From Octopus sinensis (taxonomy: Eukaryota): a stretch of 64,000 nt of DNA. Numbering within the stretch: the first letter of the stretch is position 1; each line of letters opens with the position of its first letter. The DNA is taken from the NCBI RefSeq assembly GCF_006345805.1, contig NC_043026.1, positions 8,866,001 through 8,930,000 on the forward strand, in the 5' to 3' direction. The notes beneath the pieces are model-generated. The model was not told the origin of the DNA. It made no database searches and saw only the letters and a program-made list of their open reading frames with translations. Made by a program: the position numbers and the translations under genes. Positions 50,360 through 63,237 of this stretch are shown one piece after another.

Positions 50360-51072
50360 CAAAATGGGACAAGAACGCAAAACATCCAAATAGACGATAC
50401 AAAAAACACGGACGGGTCATTGGAAGCCTTCTTCAGTCAAGAACCGGATCATCCTCGCAATCCATTTTACCCTAACTTATGACGGAAAAATCGGATCTTG
50501 TAAATTTTCCGAAAGTCCCCCACCCCCCGGGTCGTTAGCACAGTTTTTTTTTTTTTTTCATTTTCGTTTTCTACATAGTTACGGACAAAACCCTTTGTAA
50601 CTTTCGTCCTGTGTTTTGTCCCTTTATGTTTTAATTGATTTTTGTTAGCCCTTGTGGCCAATAAACGAACGAATTATTATTATTATTATTATTATTTTGT
50701 TGTCTTTGAACGACGATAATTTCCTGAAACAGTGATTCTGTTATAATGGTTTCAATGCATTTCGGGAAGGCCATTTGCTTAGCTGATGTACTTTTTGTAG
50801 GCATTTAAACAAGAGGTCTATAAGTCCCCTATTCATCAATTTCACAATATCATCATCATCATCATCGTTTAGCATCCGTTTTCCATGCTAGCATGGGTTG
50901 GACGGTTCAACTGGGGTCTGGGAAGCCAGAAGGCTGCACCAGGCCCAGTCTGATATGGTAAAGTTTCTACGGCTGGATGCCCTTCCTAACGCCAACCACT
51001 CCATGAGTGTAGTGGGTGCTTTTTATGTGCCAGACGAGTCTGGCAAACAGCCATGCCCGGATGGTGCTTTTT

Positions 51073-51118
<46 letters not shown>

Positions 51119-51713
51119 TATGAATGTTGTGCAGTAAGAATGTGTAACTGGAATTTAGAAATATGTTAACTTCACACAAGATTTTCTGATGTAAATTTTA
51201 ATAAATTAAAAAGTTCTGTTGTTCAGTTAAATGTTTGTTTCTAGAGTTTATCTTTATGGAAATGTTGAATCTGTATTTTTTTAAGTAGCCTCTATATCTT
51301 ACACTGTTGTTTCTTTATTATTTCAGAATATCAGATGACATTGGCATAACTGAAGATACATTCTCATTATTTATCATCTTTTAAAGACCAAAATGAAAAT
51401 ATTGTACAGAACAGATATATAAGATTGTTTCTACAAATCTGTGGTGGAATTCCTCTGAAATGTGTTATTAGCAAATCTTCTGGACATCACTGGCTGGAGT
51501 GTCTACAAGATGTGTCTCTTTGCAAATTAAACTTGGGTAAATTTACTAACGAGTTTTGGGACAAAGGTAACAGTGGACAGAAATACAGCAGTCGAAATAC
51601 TTGCAAACAAAAGACTATAGAAGTACAAAGAAGAAAACATATATATATATATATATATATATTGTGAGAAACTAAAGGATCTGACTTTTCCAGAAGAAAA
51701 AGGGAAACAAAAA

Positions 51714-52904
51714 TTGTCACATGACTGTGATGTGTGTAAAAAGTCCTTCTCTGAAAAGGGTAACTTGTATAAGCACAAACGTATTCATACGGTAGAGAAG
51801 CCATTTCATTGTGACAACTGTGGTAAATCATTCTCTCAAAAGGGTCGCTTGAATATGCACAAGCGTATTCATACAGGGGAGAAACCATTTCACTGTGACA
51901 TCTGTGGTAAATCATTCTCTCAAAATAATAACTTGACTAGACACAAACGTATTCATACTGGAGAGAAGCCTTATCGTTGTGATGTCTGTGGTAAATCATT
52001 CTCTGACCGAAGTAATTTAAATTCTCACAAGCGTATTCATACAGTAGAGACACCATATTCTTGTGATATCTATGGTAAATCATTCACTCAAAGTGGGAAC
52101 TTAGCTAAACACAAACGTTTCCATACAGGAGAGAAGCTATATCAGTGCAACATCTGTGGCAAATCTTTCTCTGCCAGTAGGAACCTAACTACTCATAAAC
52201 GTATTCATACAGGAGAGAAGCCATATCAGTGCAACATCTGTGGCAAATCTTTCTCTTCCAGTAGTAACATAACTAAACACAGACGTATTCATACAGGAGA
52301 AACACCACATTCTTGTGACATCTGTGGTACATCATTCTCTCAAAGTGGGAGTTTAAATGCTCACAAACGTATTCATACAGGAGAGAAGCTGTATTACTGC
52401 GACATCTGTGGCAAATCTTTCTCTCTTAGTAGTAACCTAACTACACATAAGCGTATTCATACAGGAGAGAAGCCCTATCACTGTGATGTCTGTGGTACAT
52501 CATTCTCTCAAAGTGGGAACTTAACTGCTCACAAACGTATTCATACAGGAGAGAAGCTGTATCAGTGCGACATCTGTGGCAAATCTTTCTCTCTTAGTAC
52601 GAACCTAACTAGACATAAGCGTATTCATACAGGAGAGAAGCCCTATCACTGTGATGTCTGTGGTACATCATTCTCCTACCAAAGTGCTTTCATTTCTCAC
52701 AAACATATTCATACAGGAGAGACACCATATTCTTGTGATATCTGTGGAAGGTCATTCACTCAACATGGCAACTTAACTTCTCACAAACGTATTCATACAG
52801 GAGAGACACCATATTCTTGTGATATCTGTGGAAGGTCATTCACTCAACGTGGCAACTTAACTTCTCACAAACGTGTTCATCAGGGGAAGAAGCAATCCCA
52901 CTGA
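51714..52904 (+). CDS. C2H2 ZNF A5, 14 fingers (finger 5 CDIY); start codon uncertain (listed start is TTG)
   Basis: 396-aa open frame; first in-frame ATG at 51855, inside finger 2. Confidence 0.85.
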   Translation: MSHDCDVCKKSFSEKGNLYKHKRIHTVEKPFHCDNCGKSFSQKGRLNMHKRIHTGEKPFHCDICGKSFSQNNNLTRHKRIHTGEKPYRCDVCGKSFSDRSNLNSHKRIHTVETPYSCDIYGKSFTQSGNLAKHKRFHTGEKLYQCNICGKSFSASRNLTTHKRIHTGEKPYQCNICGKSFSSSSNITKHRRIHTGETPHSCDICGTSFSQSGSLNAHKRIHTGEKLYYCDICGKSFSLSSNLTTHKRIHTGEKPYHCDVCGTSFSQSGNLTAHKRIHTGEKLYQCDICGKSFSLSTNLTRHKRIHTGEKPYHCDVCGTSFSYQSAFISHKHIHTGETPYSCDICGRSFTQHGNLTSHKRIHTGETPYSCDICGRSFTQRGNLTSHKRVHQGKKQSH

Positions 52905-55630
52905 TATTTGTGCTAAATCATAATCTGTAAGGGGTGACTGAACCCTTTACTATGCAGATTATTCTGTCGAATGTGAGGGTTATTTATTCCCATTATTTTC
53001 AATTTGTCCTGCATTAACCCACAGCTTTCAAATTTTGATGATATGATTGTGTATTTTCACAATGACATTGTAGGGTAGGTGTAAGAAGCCGACTCTGACT
53101 AGTTTGATCATAAAATAGGTAGAATATTTGGGCCAGATATGGCTGGTTTAAGTTCTAAAGAGTGGACACTAGATGCACCAAGTTGTCTGATCTGGCAGTG
53201 TTTCTACAGCTGGATGCCCTTCCTAATGCCAACCTGTCTGTGAGTGTAGTGGGTGCTTTTTACGTGCCACCTGCACAGGTGCCAGACGAGGCTGGCAAAC
53301 GGCCACGATCGGATATTTTAAATACAGTCCTGCCCTGTCTCACTGTAGCATTGCTCTCCGCTAGTCCTGACCTGTATGTTCGACCCCCATTCCCTGTCTT
53401 ACTGTATTATTGCTACTGGCTTGCCCTCAACCTATGTCTTCCACCCACATGTAACAAGAAAACTTTTTACACACCCTGCCCCCAACAAACCAATCTACAT
53501 CTCTTTTTCACATTCCTTCCATACACTATGCCTACCTCTCACTCCCCCAATCCTGTCCTCATGGTGCTGTTCATCTGTATCATTGCTATCCGGTAGCCCC
53601 CTGACCCTATATAATACCCAGGTTGTCATCACTCAACACCCCCTACACTCTAATCATGCTTCCTTTGCAGTATCCTATTCCTTTACTACCCACAAGGGGC
53701 TACACACAGAGAGGAGACAAACAAGGACAGATAAAGGGATTAAGTTGATTACATCGACCCCAGTGCGTAACTGGTACTTATTTAATCGACCCCGAAAGGA
53801 TGAAAAGCAAAGTCGACCTCGGCGGAATTTGAACACAGAGCCTAACTTTTCTGCCAGCTCGCCACCTATGCAGTATCCTGTCCCTTATATTATGACGTTT
53901 GAACATCAAGGGTATGCCCTGGCACTTGCCACCATCTATATCTCCCTCTTCCTTTACTCAACCATCCTCATCTATGCTCTAATCCCCTCCCTAGTGAATA
54001 CGCCCATCATTTTGCCACAATGTCCATCGTGTTGTCTCCCACCCTTATCTCCGCCTGCATTTCCCTCAGGCTGGGTAACCATGTATCTCCTTTGTGGCGG
54101 CACACCCTTTCCTGATCTCTCTCTCTCTCTCTCTGGCCTGGTAAACTTGTACTTCCTCTACAGCAACAGACAGATCACAACAAAAGATGCTGCCCAACAC
54201 ACAAAACCAAGCCATGAACATGCTACAGAATTTCAACTGTGATACAACTTCCACTGTTCCAGATAGAGTTACTTAAAACTTGCCAAACCTGTTACTTCAC
54301 AATTTGTAAGACATTTATATACTCTTTACTCTTTTACTTGTTTCAGTCATTGACTTTGAGTAAGTCCTCAACACCACCGTCTTCCTTTCAAGCTCTTTTA
54401 ACCATTTTTTGGGAGCTGTCAAGTCCCACACAAGAAATTCCTTTGCCATTTCAACACAAAGTTCAATTACAGTTCAAAATGTAAGAAAATAAAACAAGAC
54501 ACAAAAAAAGAAGGGCAGAAATAAAATAAAAAATAACAGTTCAAAAAAGAGTTCTTTTATTCTTTTAAATAAACGAAAGCTTTGAAGAAGAGAGTTCAAA
54601 TCCAGGCAAAGAAATAAATTAATTTTCGGCCGTAAAGGTACTCCTGGCCAAATGTACATAGGTTCCTTGGTATGAATCATTTTTACCTGTAATTGGTAAA
54701 AGAAATCCAAACAAAATACTGGCTACAGCCAACGGTAACTGTAACAGGTTCTAATCATTAGGGCGAGGATACGTCCCTCCACTGTTTTTGTTTTTTTTAT
54801 GAATCCAAAATATTCCCACTAAATTCACAAAACAGCAGCCGCCGAGAGCAGGCGAAATTTGTTAACAAAAAAGAACAATATAACAAATTACACCCAGCTC
54901 AGATAAAACAAAATCACTGGCCTCGACAACCTTCTCTGTTTTTGTTCTTTTTTCTTGTAATTGGCCAGAGCCAAAACACTCACGTCCACCTTGCAAAAAC
55001 AGTCCTTCCTGCCTTGGTAATCCACAGACACGAAGATAATTTTTGCGGAGGGGCTACGCCTACTCGAAAACACAATTCTCACTGCAAAGTGAGTCTTTAT
55101 AGGCGGCCACAGGCAGGCAAATGTCTGGAGCAGATTGGAGTCTATTACTCACCAAAAAATATTAAATACAGGGCAACAAACTCCACTAAGCCCTCAAAAA
55201 ATACGACAAACGCCTACCTGTAGTCGAGCCTCAAAGTTCAAAATTTCACGACGAAAGACGTGACATCAAGCAGCAAGAACTCTCCGCCAAAAACAAACAC
55301 GTCCGTCTCCGACAAAGGTAAGCAAGCTACTTACCACACAACTACTCCTGTTTACTCAATTTGAAAACTCTTCGTATTGTCTTTTGTCTCCTGTGTCTGT
55401 GTGTGTGCGCCTAAGTTCATATATGAGTAGTGTCCCTTTAATATCACGCAAAAATTGATAAAAATTTGAGAATTAAAATTAAATATCTTTTTTCTAATTG
55501 ATAGAATTTTACTAAACCTTTGGATGGCAAATTGAAAATAATGTGAATATATAAACATCACATTCGACAGAATAACGTGCATGGTAAAGGGTTTCAGTAA
55601 CCCCTTAGAGATTATGATTTAGTTTAAATA

Positions 55631-56635
55631 TTAGTGGGATTGCTTCTTCCCCTTATGAACACATTTGTGAGAAGTTAAGCTGCTATGTTGAGTAAATAAC
55701 CTTCCACAGATATCACAAGAATATGGTGTCTCTCCTGTATGAATACGTTTATGGGTCATTAGGTTACTACTGGTAGAGAAAGATTTATTACAGACATCAC
55801 AAGAATATGGTGTCTCTCCTGTATGAATACGTTTATGTTTATCTAAGTTGCCACTTTGAGAGAATGATTTACCACAGATTTCACAGTGAAATAGTGTCTC
55901 TCCTGTATGAATACGTTTGTGTAAAGTCAAATAAATATTTTGAGAGAATAATTTACCACAGATATCACAAGAATATGGTGTTTCTCCTGTATGAATACGT
56001 CTGTGTCCAGTTAAGTTAGAACTCACGGTGAATGATTTACCACAGATATCACAAGGATATGGTGACTCTCCTGTATGAATACGTTTATGATAAGTTAGAG
56101 CACTTTTACCAGGAAATAATTTACCACAGATATTACAGGAATATGGCTTCTTCCCTGTATGAATACGCTTGTGATTAGTTAAAGCACTTCTTTGAGAGAA
56201 TGATTTACCACAGATGTCACATTGAAATGGCTTCTCTCCTGTATGACAATGCTGGTGATTACTTAAAACACTTTGGTCAGAGAATCTTGTACCACAGACA
56301 CTACAATGATATGGTGACTCTCCTGTATGAATACGTTTATGTTGAGTTAGAGCACTTTTATCAGAAAATGATTTACCACAGATATTACAGGAATATGGCT
56401 TCTCTCCTGTATGAATACGTTTATGTTTAGCTAAGTTGCCACTTTGAGAGAATGATTTACCACAGATTTCACAGTGAAATGGCTTCTCTCCTGTATGAAT
56501 ACGTTTGTGACTATTTAAGTTACATTTACTTGAGAAAGACTTTTTACACACATCACAGTCATGTGACAATTTTTGTCTCTCCTTTTTGCTATCTTCTGGA
56601 AAAATATGTTCCTTCACTTTCTCACTCTTTTCCAT
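55631..56635 (-). CDS. C2H2 ZNF B5, 334 aa, 11 fingers; type I body with altered N-terminus (EHIFPEDSKK)
   Basis: ATG ORF; differs from B1 in the N-terminal segment and finger 2 (CEIC). Confidence 0.95.
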   Translation of the reverse strand: MEKSEKVKEHIFPEDSKKERQKLSHDCDVCKKSFSSKCNLNSHKRIHTGEKPFHCEICGKSFSQSGNLAKHKRIHTGEKPYSCNICGKSFSDKSALTQHKRIHTGESPYHCSVCGTRFSDQSVLSNHQHCHTGEKPFQCDICGKSFSQRSALTNHKRIHTGKKPYSCNICGKLFPGKSALTYHKRIHTGESPYPCDICGKSFTVSSNLTGHRRIHTGETPYSCDICGKLFSQNIYLTLHKRIHTGETLFHCEICGKSFSQSGNLDKHKRIHTGETPYSCDVCNKSFSTSSNLMTHKRIHTGETPYSCDICGRLFTQHSSLTSHKCVHKGKKQSH

Positions 56636-59113
56636 TATTTTTCCTTCAACTTCACAATATACCTTCTTTTTTTATTCTTTTTGCTTCTGTAGTCTTTTGT
56701 TTACAAATATTTCAACTGTTGTATTTCTGGCCACTGTTACCTTTGTCACAAAACAACTAAATTTATCCACGTTCAATCTGCAAACAGGCTCATCTTGTAG
56801 ACACTCCAGCCAATGATGTCCAGAAGGTTTGCTAATAACACATTTCAGAGTAAATATATCAGAGGAATTCCACCACAGATTTATAGAAACAATCTTATAT
56901 ATCTGTTCAGTAAAATATTTTCATTCTGGTCTTTAAAAAGCTGATAAATAATGAGAATGTATCTTCAGTTATGCCAATGTCATCTGATATTCTGAAATAA
57001 TAAAGAAACAACAGTGTAAGATATAGAGGCTACTTAAAAAAATACAGATTCAACATTTCCATGAAGATAAACTTTAGAAATAAACATTTAACTGAACAAC
57101 AGAACTTTCTAATTTATTAATATTTATATCAGCTTAGCACTTATTCTATCAGCCACTTTTGCCAAACCACAGGTTTATGGGGACATAAACACACCAACAC
57201 TGTTTGTCAAGTGTTGAAGGGGTGGGAGGACAACACCCACACCCACACATATATATATATTGGGCTTCCTTCAGTTTCCATCTCCCAAATCCATTCACAA
57301 AGCCAGAGGATATTGTAGAAAATGCATGTCTGTGACTAGTTACCTAACAGCTCACAATTTCTTCTCTTTAACTCCATATAGGGAAAAAATTATTGGAAAT
57401 AGTCATTACTCACTTTGCCCCATGAGGAGATTTCACGAATGATTACAAAAAGTTTATCAGCCAAGCAAATGGCCTTCCCTGAATGCATTGAAAACATTAT
57501 AACAGAATCACTATTTCAGGAAATTATCATTGTTCTCTTTGAGTGTGTAGAAAGAGAAATTTGGCAGAGGCAAGAAAAGGTGAAATTGTCTCTTCAAATT
57601 ATCCAGAATTACATTTGAAAACAAAGACTCAAACACATCAATATCTATCCTTCGACATCTTAAAGATCAGAAATGCAAAAAGCTATTCAAGTATCGAATT
57701 CAAATGAAAGAGAATCAGAGAAAAATTGCAAATGATGTGAAATTAATGAATATCGAATAAATGGGGGGAAAAAAATCAATATAAAATATCATCAACAGTT
57801 TCTTCAAGATCTCTTCGTGGTTAGGGCAGCGGACACGCGGTCGTAGAATTGCGGTTTCGATTCCCAGACCGGGCGTTGTGAGTGTTTATTGAGCGAAAAC
57901 ACCTAAAAGCTCCACGAGGCCCCGGCAGGGGATGGTGGTGATCCCTGCTGTACTCTTTCACCACAACTTTCTCTCACTCTTACTTCCTGTTTCTGTTGTA
58001 CCTGTATTTCAAAGGGCCGGCCTTGTCACTCTGTGTCACGCTGAATGTCCCCGAGAACTACGTTAAGGGTACACGTGTTTGTGGAGTGCTCATCGTCGTA
58101 ACCGACGGAGTGCTTCCATCCACTAACAAGAGATTATTGAAAGTAGTCATTACTCATTTTGCCCCATCTTAGTCATGATTTTTGATAATTGAAAATTACC
58201 AAATTAGACACTAAACGGGGGGTAAAAATTGATCTGGAATCTAAGAGAGAGAAGAATATTGATGGTTAAACACCGAACATCATCCAGATAATTTATTAGT
58301 AACCTCGATTATTATCGGATTGAGAGTTGAGGGAAAATTTCTTGATAATAAAAAGGACCTGCAACTCCAACAACTATAAGGACAAATTCCCAGTCCTAAA
58401 TATATATTTATTTACTCACCACAAGGGGCTAGACACTGAGGGGACAAACAAGGCCAGAAAAACGGATTAAGTCGATTATATCGACCCCGAAAGGATGAAA
58501 GGCAAAGTCGACCCCGGCGGAATTTGAACTCAGAACGTAACGACAGACGAAATATCTATTTTTTTACTGCCCACAAGGGGCTAAACACAGAGGGAAGAAA
58601 CAAGGACAGACATAGGTATTAAGTCGATTACATCGACCCCAGTGCGTAACTGGTACTTTATTTATCGACCCCGCCGGAATTTAAACTCAGAACGTAACGG
58701 CAGACGAAATACGTCCACGCATTTCGCCCGGGGTGTTAACCCTTCTGCCAGCTCGCCGCCATCCCCAGTCCTAAAATATAATGTAGCAATACTCACAAAA
58801 ATCATAAATCCAAACAAATTAGGAGAAACGGGAAAATACTCATTTTGCCCCGCTTACTAATTATGTCCCTTACCTTATATCAAGAAACAAGGGTTCGATA
58901 AATTATAATAAAGCATTGGATTCTCAGCATTTCTGTGGTTGGAGTTTATTTTAAGAACATTTCTCCACCTAAAACACACAACAAACAAACTTAAAGAAGA
59001 AACGATGGAGCGTGTAGGAGGTTGCCGCCATAGCTAGAAATAGCAGCCAAATGTGGAACATCTGAGACACCAAAGTATTAAAAGATTAAATGCTTTCGTT
59101 GTTTAATACTTAC

Positions 59114-59281
59114 GGAAATGTCTTTATAAAGGATGGTGTTGTTGTTAGATGTGCGTCAGGTGGTTGAGAAATCTATTACAAATGTGTTTAGGAGTGAATT
59201 GAGAGAAATTCTGGCACCAGACTTCAAATGTTTGTCGTAACGTAATGAATGGGGGCGTACGTACGTGTAGTGCGCATGCGT
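59114..59281 (-). promoter_or_regulatory. Putative promoter motif and exon 1 of gene B5
   Basis: Motif at 59271-59281, donor at 59113, acceptor at 56992-56993. Confidence 0.6.
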
Positions 59282-59646
59282 ATGAAATATTGGTTTCAAA
59301 TTTTGGCACAACGCCAGCAATATCGGCGGAGGTGTTGGGGGGGGGGCCTAAGTCGCTTACCTTGACCTCAGTAGACAACTAGTATTTATTTTATTGTGTC
59401 CCGCCCCAGCAAAGATATTAAAGGCAAAGTCGACCTCGTCGTAATTTACGCATATATACATAAATATCGATGTAGGCACAACACGTGCACCCCACCGATG
59501 TCTGGGTGTTTTTTTTTTGGGAGGGGGGGGTCCCAAAAATGTTTTCGGATTCTGATATCATCGATATAGAATACGATTTTGCCAAAATATCGCGTTTTCG
59601 TAGAACACCTATTTACTGTATCTGTAGAAAAAACGGCCGTTGAAGA

Positions 59647-60304
59647 AAATATCTTACAAACTACAGAATTTTCTCAATAAAGCCAACAGGAAAAGATGTT
59701 TTATGTAACACATTCTACCAGTATACGAAGTTTAAAACTTTTTAGTTACCTAGAAATTATGTTAAAAACTGCCGTTCAAACAGAAAAGATCCCCAATCTG
59801 TTTCTTAAACAAGGGACATATTCATACGGCACAGAATGTTTTTTTACCTCAATAGACGTGAGTGATTGGTTGAGATTGCCGAAATGCTTGAAATTAAAGA
59901 CGAAATATCTTACAAACTACACAATTTTCTCAATGAAGCCAAGAGGAAAAGATGTTTTATGTAACACATTCTACCAGTATACGAAGTTTAAAACTTTTTA
60001 GTTACCTAGAAATTATGTTAAAACTGCCGTTCAAACAGAAAAGATCCCCAATCTGTTTCTTAAACAAGGGACATATTCATACGGCACAGAATGTTTTTTT
60101 TACCTCAATAGACGTGAGTGATTGGTTGAGATTGCCGAAATGCTTGAAATTAAAGACGAAATATCTTACAAACTACACAATTTTCTCAATGAAGCCAAGA
60201 GGAAAAGATGTTTTATGTAACACATTCTACCAGTATACGAAGTTTAAAACTTTTTAGTTACCTAGAAATTATGTTAAAAACTGCCGTTCAAACAGAAAAG
60301 ATCC
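59647..60304. repeat. 256-bp VNTR, 2 full monomers plus partial (unit 6)
   Basis: Anchors 59696, 59952, 60208. Confidence 0.98.
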
Positions 60305-60471
60305 ATAAACTTTGCCTTTCACTTTTTTCTGCTGGGGTTCAATAAAATAAATACCAGTTGACTACTCGGGTCCATGAAATCGACTGACACTTGACCCTCC
60401 CCGAAATTTCTGGTTTTCTACCAAAATCTTTAAAAAACAAAAGAAAAAAAGAAGAAAAACCAGTATTTCAT

Positions 60472-60632
60472 ACGCATGCGCACTAAGCGTATTTCCGCCT
60501 CCATTCATTCATTTTAACAAACTTGATTTAAGTCGGAATTTCTCTCAATTCACTCCCAAACACATTTATAATACATTTCTCAACCACCTGACGCACTTCT
60601 AACAACAACACCATCCTTTTTAAACCATTTCC
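60472..60632 (+). promoter_or_regulatory. A-type promoter motif and exon 1, now upstream of gene C
   Basis: Motif at 60472, donor at 60633. The next matching acceptor is at 62881-62882. Confidence 0.55.
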
Positions 60633-61196
60633 GTAAGTATTAAACTATTTAATTTCTAAATACTTCGTGTCTCAGATGTCCTTTGATTCGTGCGACCTTT
60701 GGCTGCTATTTCTAGCTATGGAGGCTACCTTCTACACTTTCCATCATTTTCCCACGTTTCTTGTGTTTTCACTGTGGATAAATGCCAGAAACGGCCTCAG
60801 ACTCACCGATATTTTAAATCGTAAACAGAAGCAACCAGGGGCGAAGAATAGGGTTGAAAAAAGATCATAAATGTGTTTATGAAGAGAAAAACTTCAAAAG
60901 ATGGGAAAGTGAAACGAGGAGGGTTGTCTTAGGATGTGCTAGAAACAACAGCCAAATCTCCCTTAAATCACACTTTTTCCTTTGAAAATATTTACAATAT
61001 TTTATGTTTTTGTTACCGAAAAGGTTTTTCCCATCGTTTTTAAGGGCAAAAATATGTTTGTTTGTTTTTTTTTTTTCAAGTGAAAAATGAAGAGGCTGGT
61101 GGTAAATGAAATTTTGAGAATGCGATTTTTCAAAAAACTTTTTTCAGAATCGGATCCTCCAGAACCAAAAAGTGGGATTCCGTAAAAAAAAAACAG

Positions 61197-61243
<47 letters not shown>

Positions 61244-61247
<4 letters not shown>

Positions 61248-62550
61248 ATGTTACATTACTCGGTAGTCAAGATAAAACTCTGAGTTTCAGATGCCGAAGT
61301 GGAAATCCACAACACCATCTCTTCGGTTATCTGGCTATTTGAAAACGTTATGAAAAAATACCGTTAAAAATGAAGGGAAATTACTCTGTTATAACTCTGC
61401 TTTGCTTGCGTACTTATACATCGCTCGCATTTTTCGTCATAAAAATTATAAAAATACATAAAAATATATAAAATTATATAAAAATATATAAATTCTTCTT
61501 GGGACATAACACAGAAAGCATGTTCTATCCGTTTTCTTTAGGGGACCAAAAACGTAACAGAAATTTAGTCACATGTGGGCATGATCCGAAAAGCTCTGTC
61601 CTTGTATTTAGACATGTGGTAGGGTCTAAGCTGCTTTTCCAGATAAGCCATCTCTCCATGTCGCATAAACCGCACCTTCCGCTGCCGTTAGTATAGGGCT
61701 TACATCTGGCCAAAATCTTCCATTGTATGTTATAATCGACACCTTTATCTCTTAAAGACCAAATATGATTGGATAATTGTGTCGCTTTTCTTTGTTCCAG
61801 TGCCTAAAGCTCAAAGTGTGGTTATTGAACCTGGCTTTGAAATTACCCTCTGTAAGCCCACGTATTTCTTCGTCGAAACGGTGTCTTTAGTGGTTATAGA
61901 GTTTACGGTAGCTTCATATATGATGGTCTTGGACATACAAGCTCCATTTAGCGGGCACAATTCTTTATTCCTGCATGAACAGCTGTTTTCTTCTCGTGGT
62001 TTTTGTATGTTATGATTGATTATGTTTTTAAAATTGGTAGTTGAACTAAAACTAATTTTTAAATTGTGTCTATTGAAGAGTTTCCTATAAGCATGGTTAA
62101 CTGGAAAATGTCTATCTATCAGTGCTAGGAAATATTTACCTATATTGAAGGCCACCTCGGGTGAGTAAGGGGGCGTAAACCAGATGACCTTCCTATTTCT
62201 ATTATTCCTTTTCCTTACTGTTGGGCTAGTGATAGGTGTATATTTTATTTTTTCGCTAAAACCACTATCTTTTAAAGCTTTATTATAAACTGGGGCAACG
62301 CTATTGAAGATGTCCTCATTAGATGAGAGGCTAGAAATCCTCTTACTAATATTTTTAACTAAATTTTTGAATACTATAGGGGGATGGCATGAACCTACAT
62401 TAATATAACTTAGTCTATCATTGGGCTTCCTATAAGGCTTATAAATATTATTATTAAGATCTAAGGAAACGTCTAAGAAATTGACAACCGTCAGGTTAGT
62501 GTCTATAGTTATACTAAGTCCGAAGTGTTTCATTAACTGGATAATATCTA
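61244..62550 (-). mobile_element. 5'-truncated Penelope-like retroelement (RT C-terminus plus GIY-YIG endonuclease, two frameshifts) ending in (TA)n
   Basis: ORF 61811-62533: VNFLDVSL, SCHPP, IWFTPPYS, CSCx5CPLNGAC, IIYEATV...KKYVG. After two inferred 1-nt deletions the frame continues TEGNFKARFNNH...QLSNHIW...WKIL...RCGLCDME...LNTRTEL...CPH to 61525. From memory this Cys pattern and TA targeting fit the Hydra clade of PLEs (unverified). Confidence 0.9.
61264..61337 (-). ncRNA. Type I hammerhead-ribozyme-like motif in the PLE 3' end
   Basis: Minus strand: agataa-CCGAAGA-gatg...catc-t-GAAA-ctcagag-UU-ttatct. Stems I, II and III all pair by hand. Two deviations from the canonical core. Confidence 0.55.
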
Positions 62551-63237
62551 TGGCTGATAGAATAAGTGCTAAGCTGAAAAAATAAATCCTAGCATTGATT
62601 CTATTGACTGAAGCCTTTAAAGCTGGTGCTCCAGCATGACCACAGTCAAAACAACTAAAACCAGTAAAAAAGTGTGTGTGTGTGTGTATTTATGAATGTG
62701 GAGCTGGAGTTTAGAAATATGTTAGCTTCAAACAGGATTTTGTGATGTAAATATTAATAAATTAGAAAGTTCTGTTGTTCAGTTAAATGTTTATTTCTAG
62801 AGTTTATCTTTATGGAAATGTTGAATCTGTATTTTTTTAAGTAGCCTCCATATCTTACACTGTTGTTTCTTTATTATTTCAGAATATCAGATGACATTGG
62901 CATAACCAAAGATACATTCTCATTATTTATCATCTTTTAAAGACCAGAATGAAAATATTTTACTGAACAGATATATAAGATTGTTTCTATGAATCTGTGG
63001 TGGAATTCCTCTGATATATTTACTCTGAATTGTGTTATTAGCAAACCTTCTGGACATCACTGGTTGGAGTGTCTACACGATGAGTCTGTTTGCAGATTGA
63101 ACGTGGATAAATTTAGTTGTTTTGTGACAAAGGTAACAGTGGCCAGAAATATAACAGTTAAAATATTTGTAAACAAAAGACTATAGAAGCAAAAAGAATA
63201 AAAAAAGAAGGTATATTGTGAAGTTGAAGGAAAAATA

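Larger units (their letters stand above)
1..61243. repeat. Tandem macro-repeat of a two-ZNF-gene cassette: 5 full units plus a truncated sixth
   Basis: Anchor ttctgatatcatcgatatag recurs at 1, 12019, 23783, 35746, 48404 and 59550 (periods 12018, 11764, 11963, 12658, 11146). The same ORFs and repeats recur in the same order. Confidence 0.98.
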
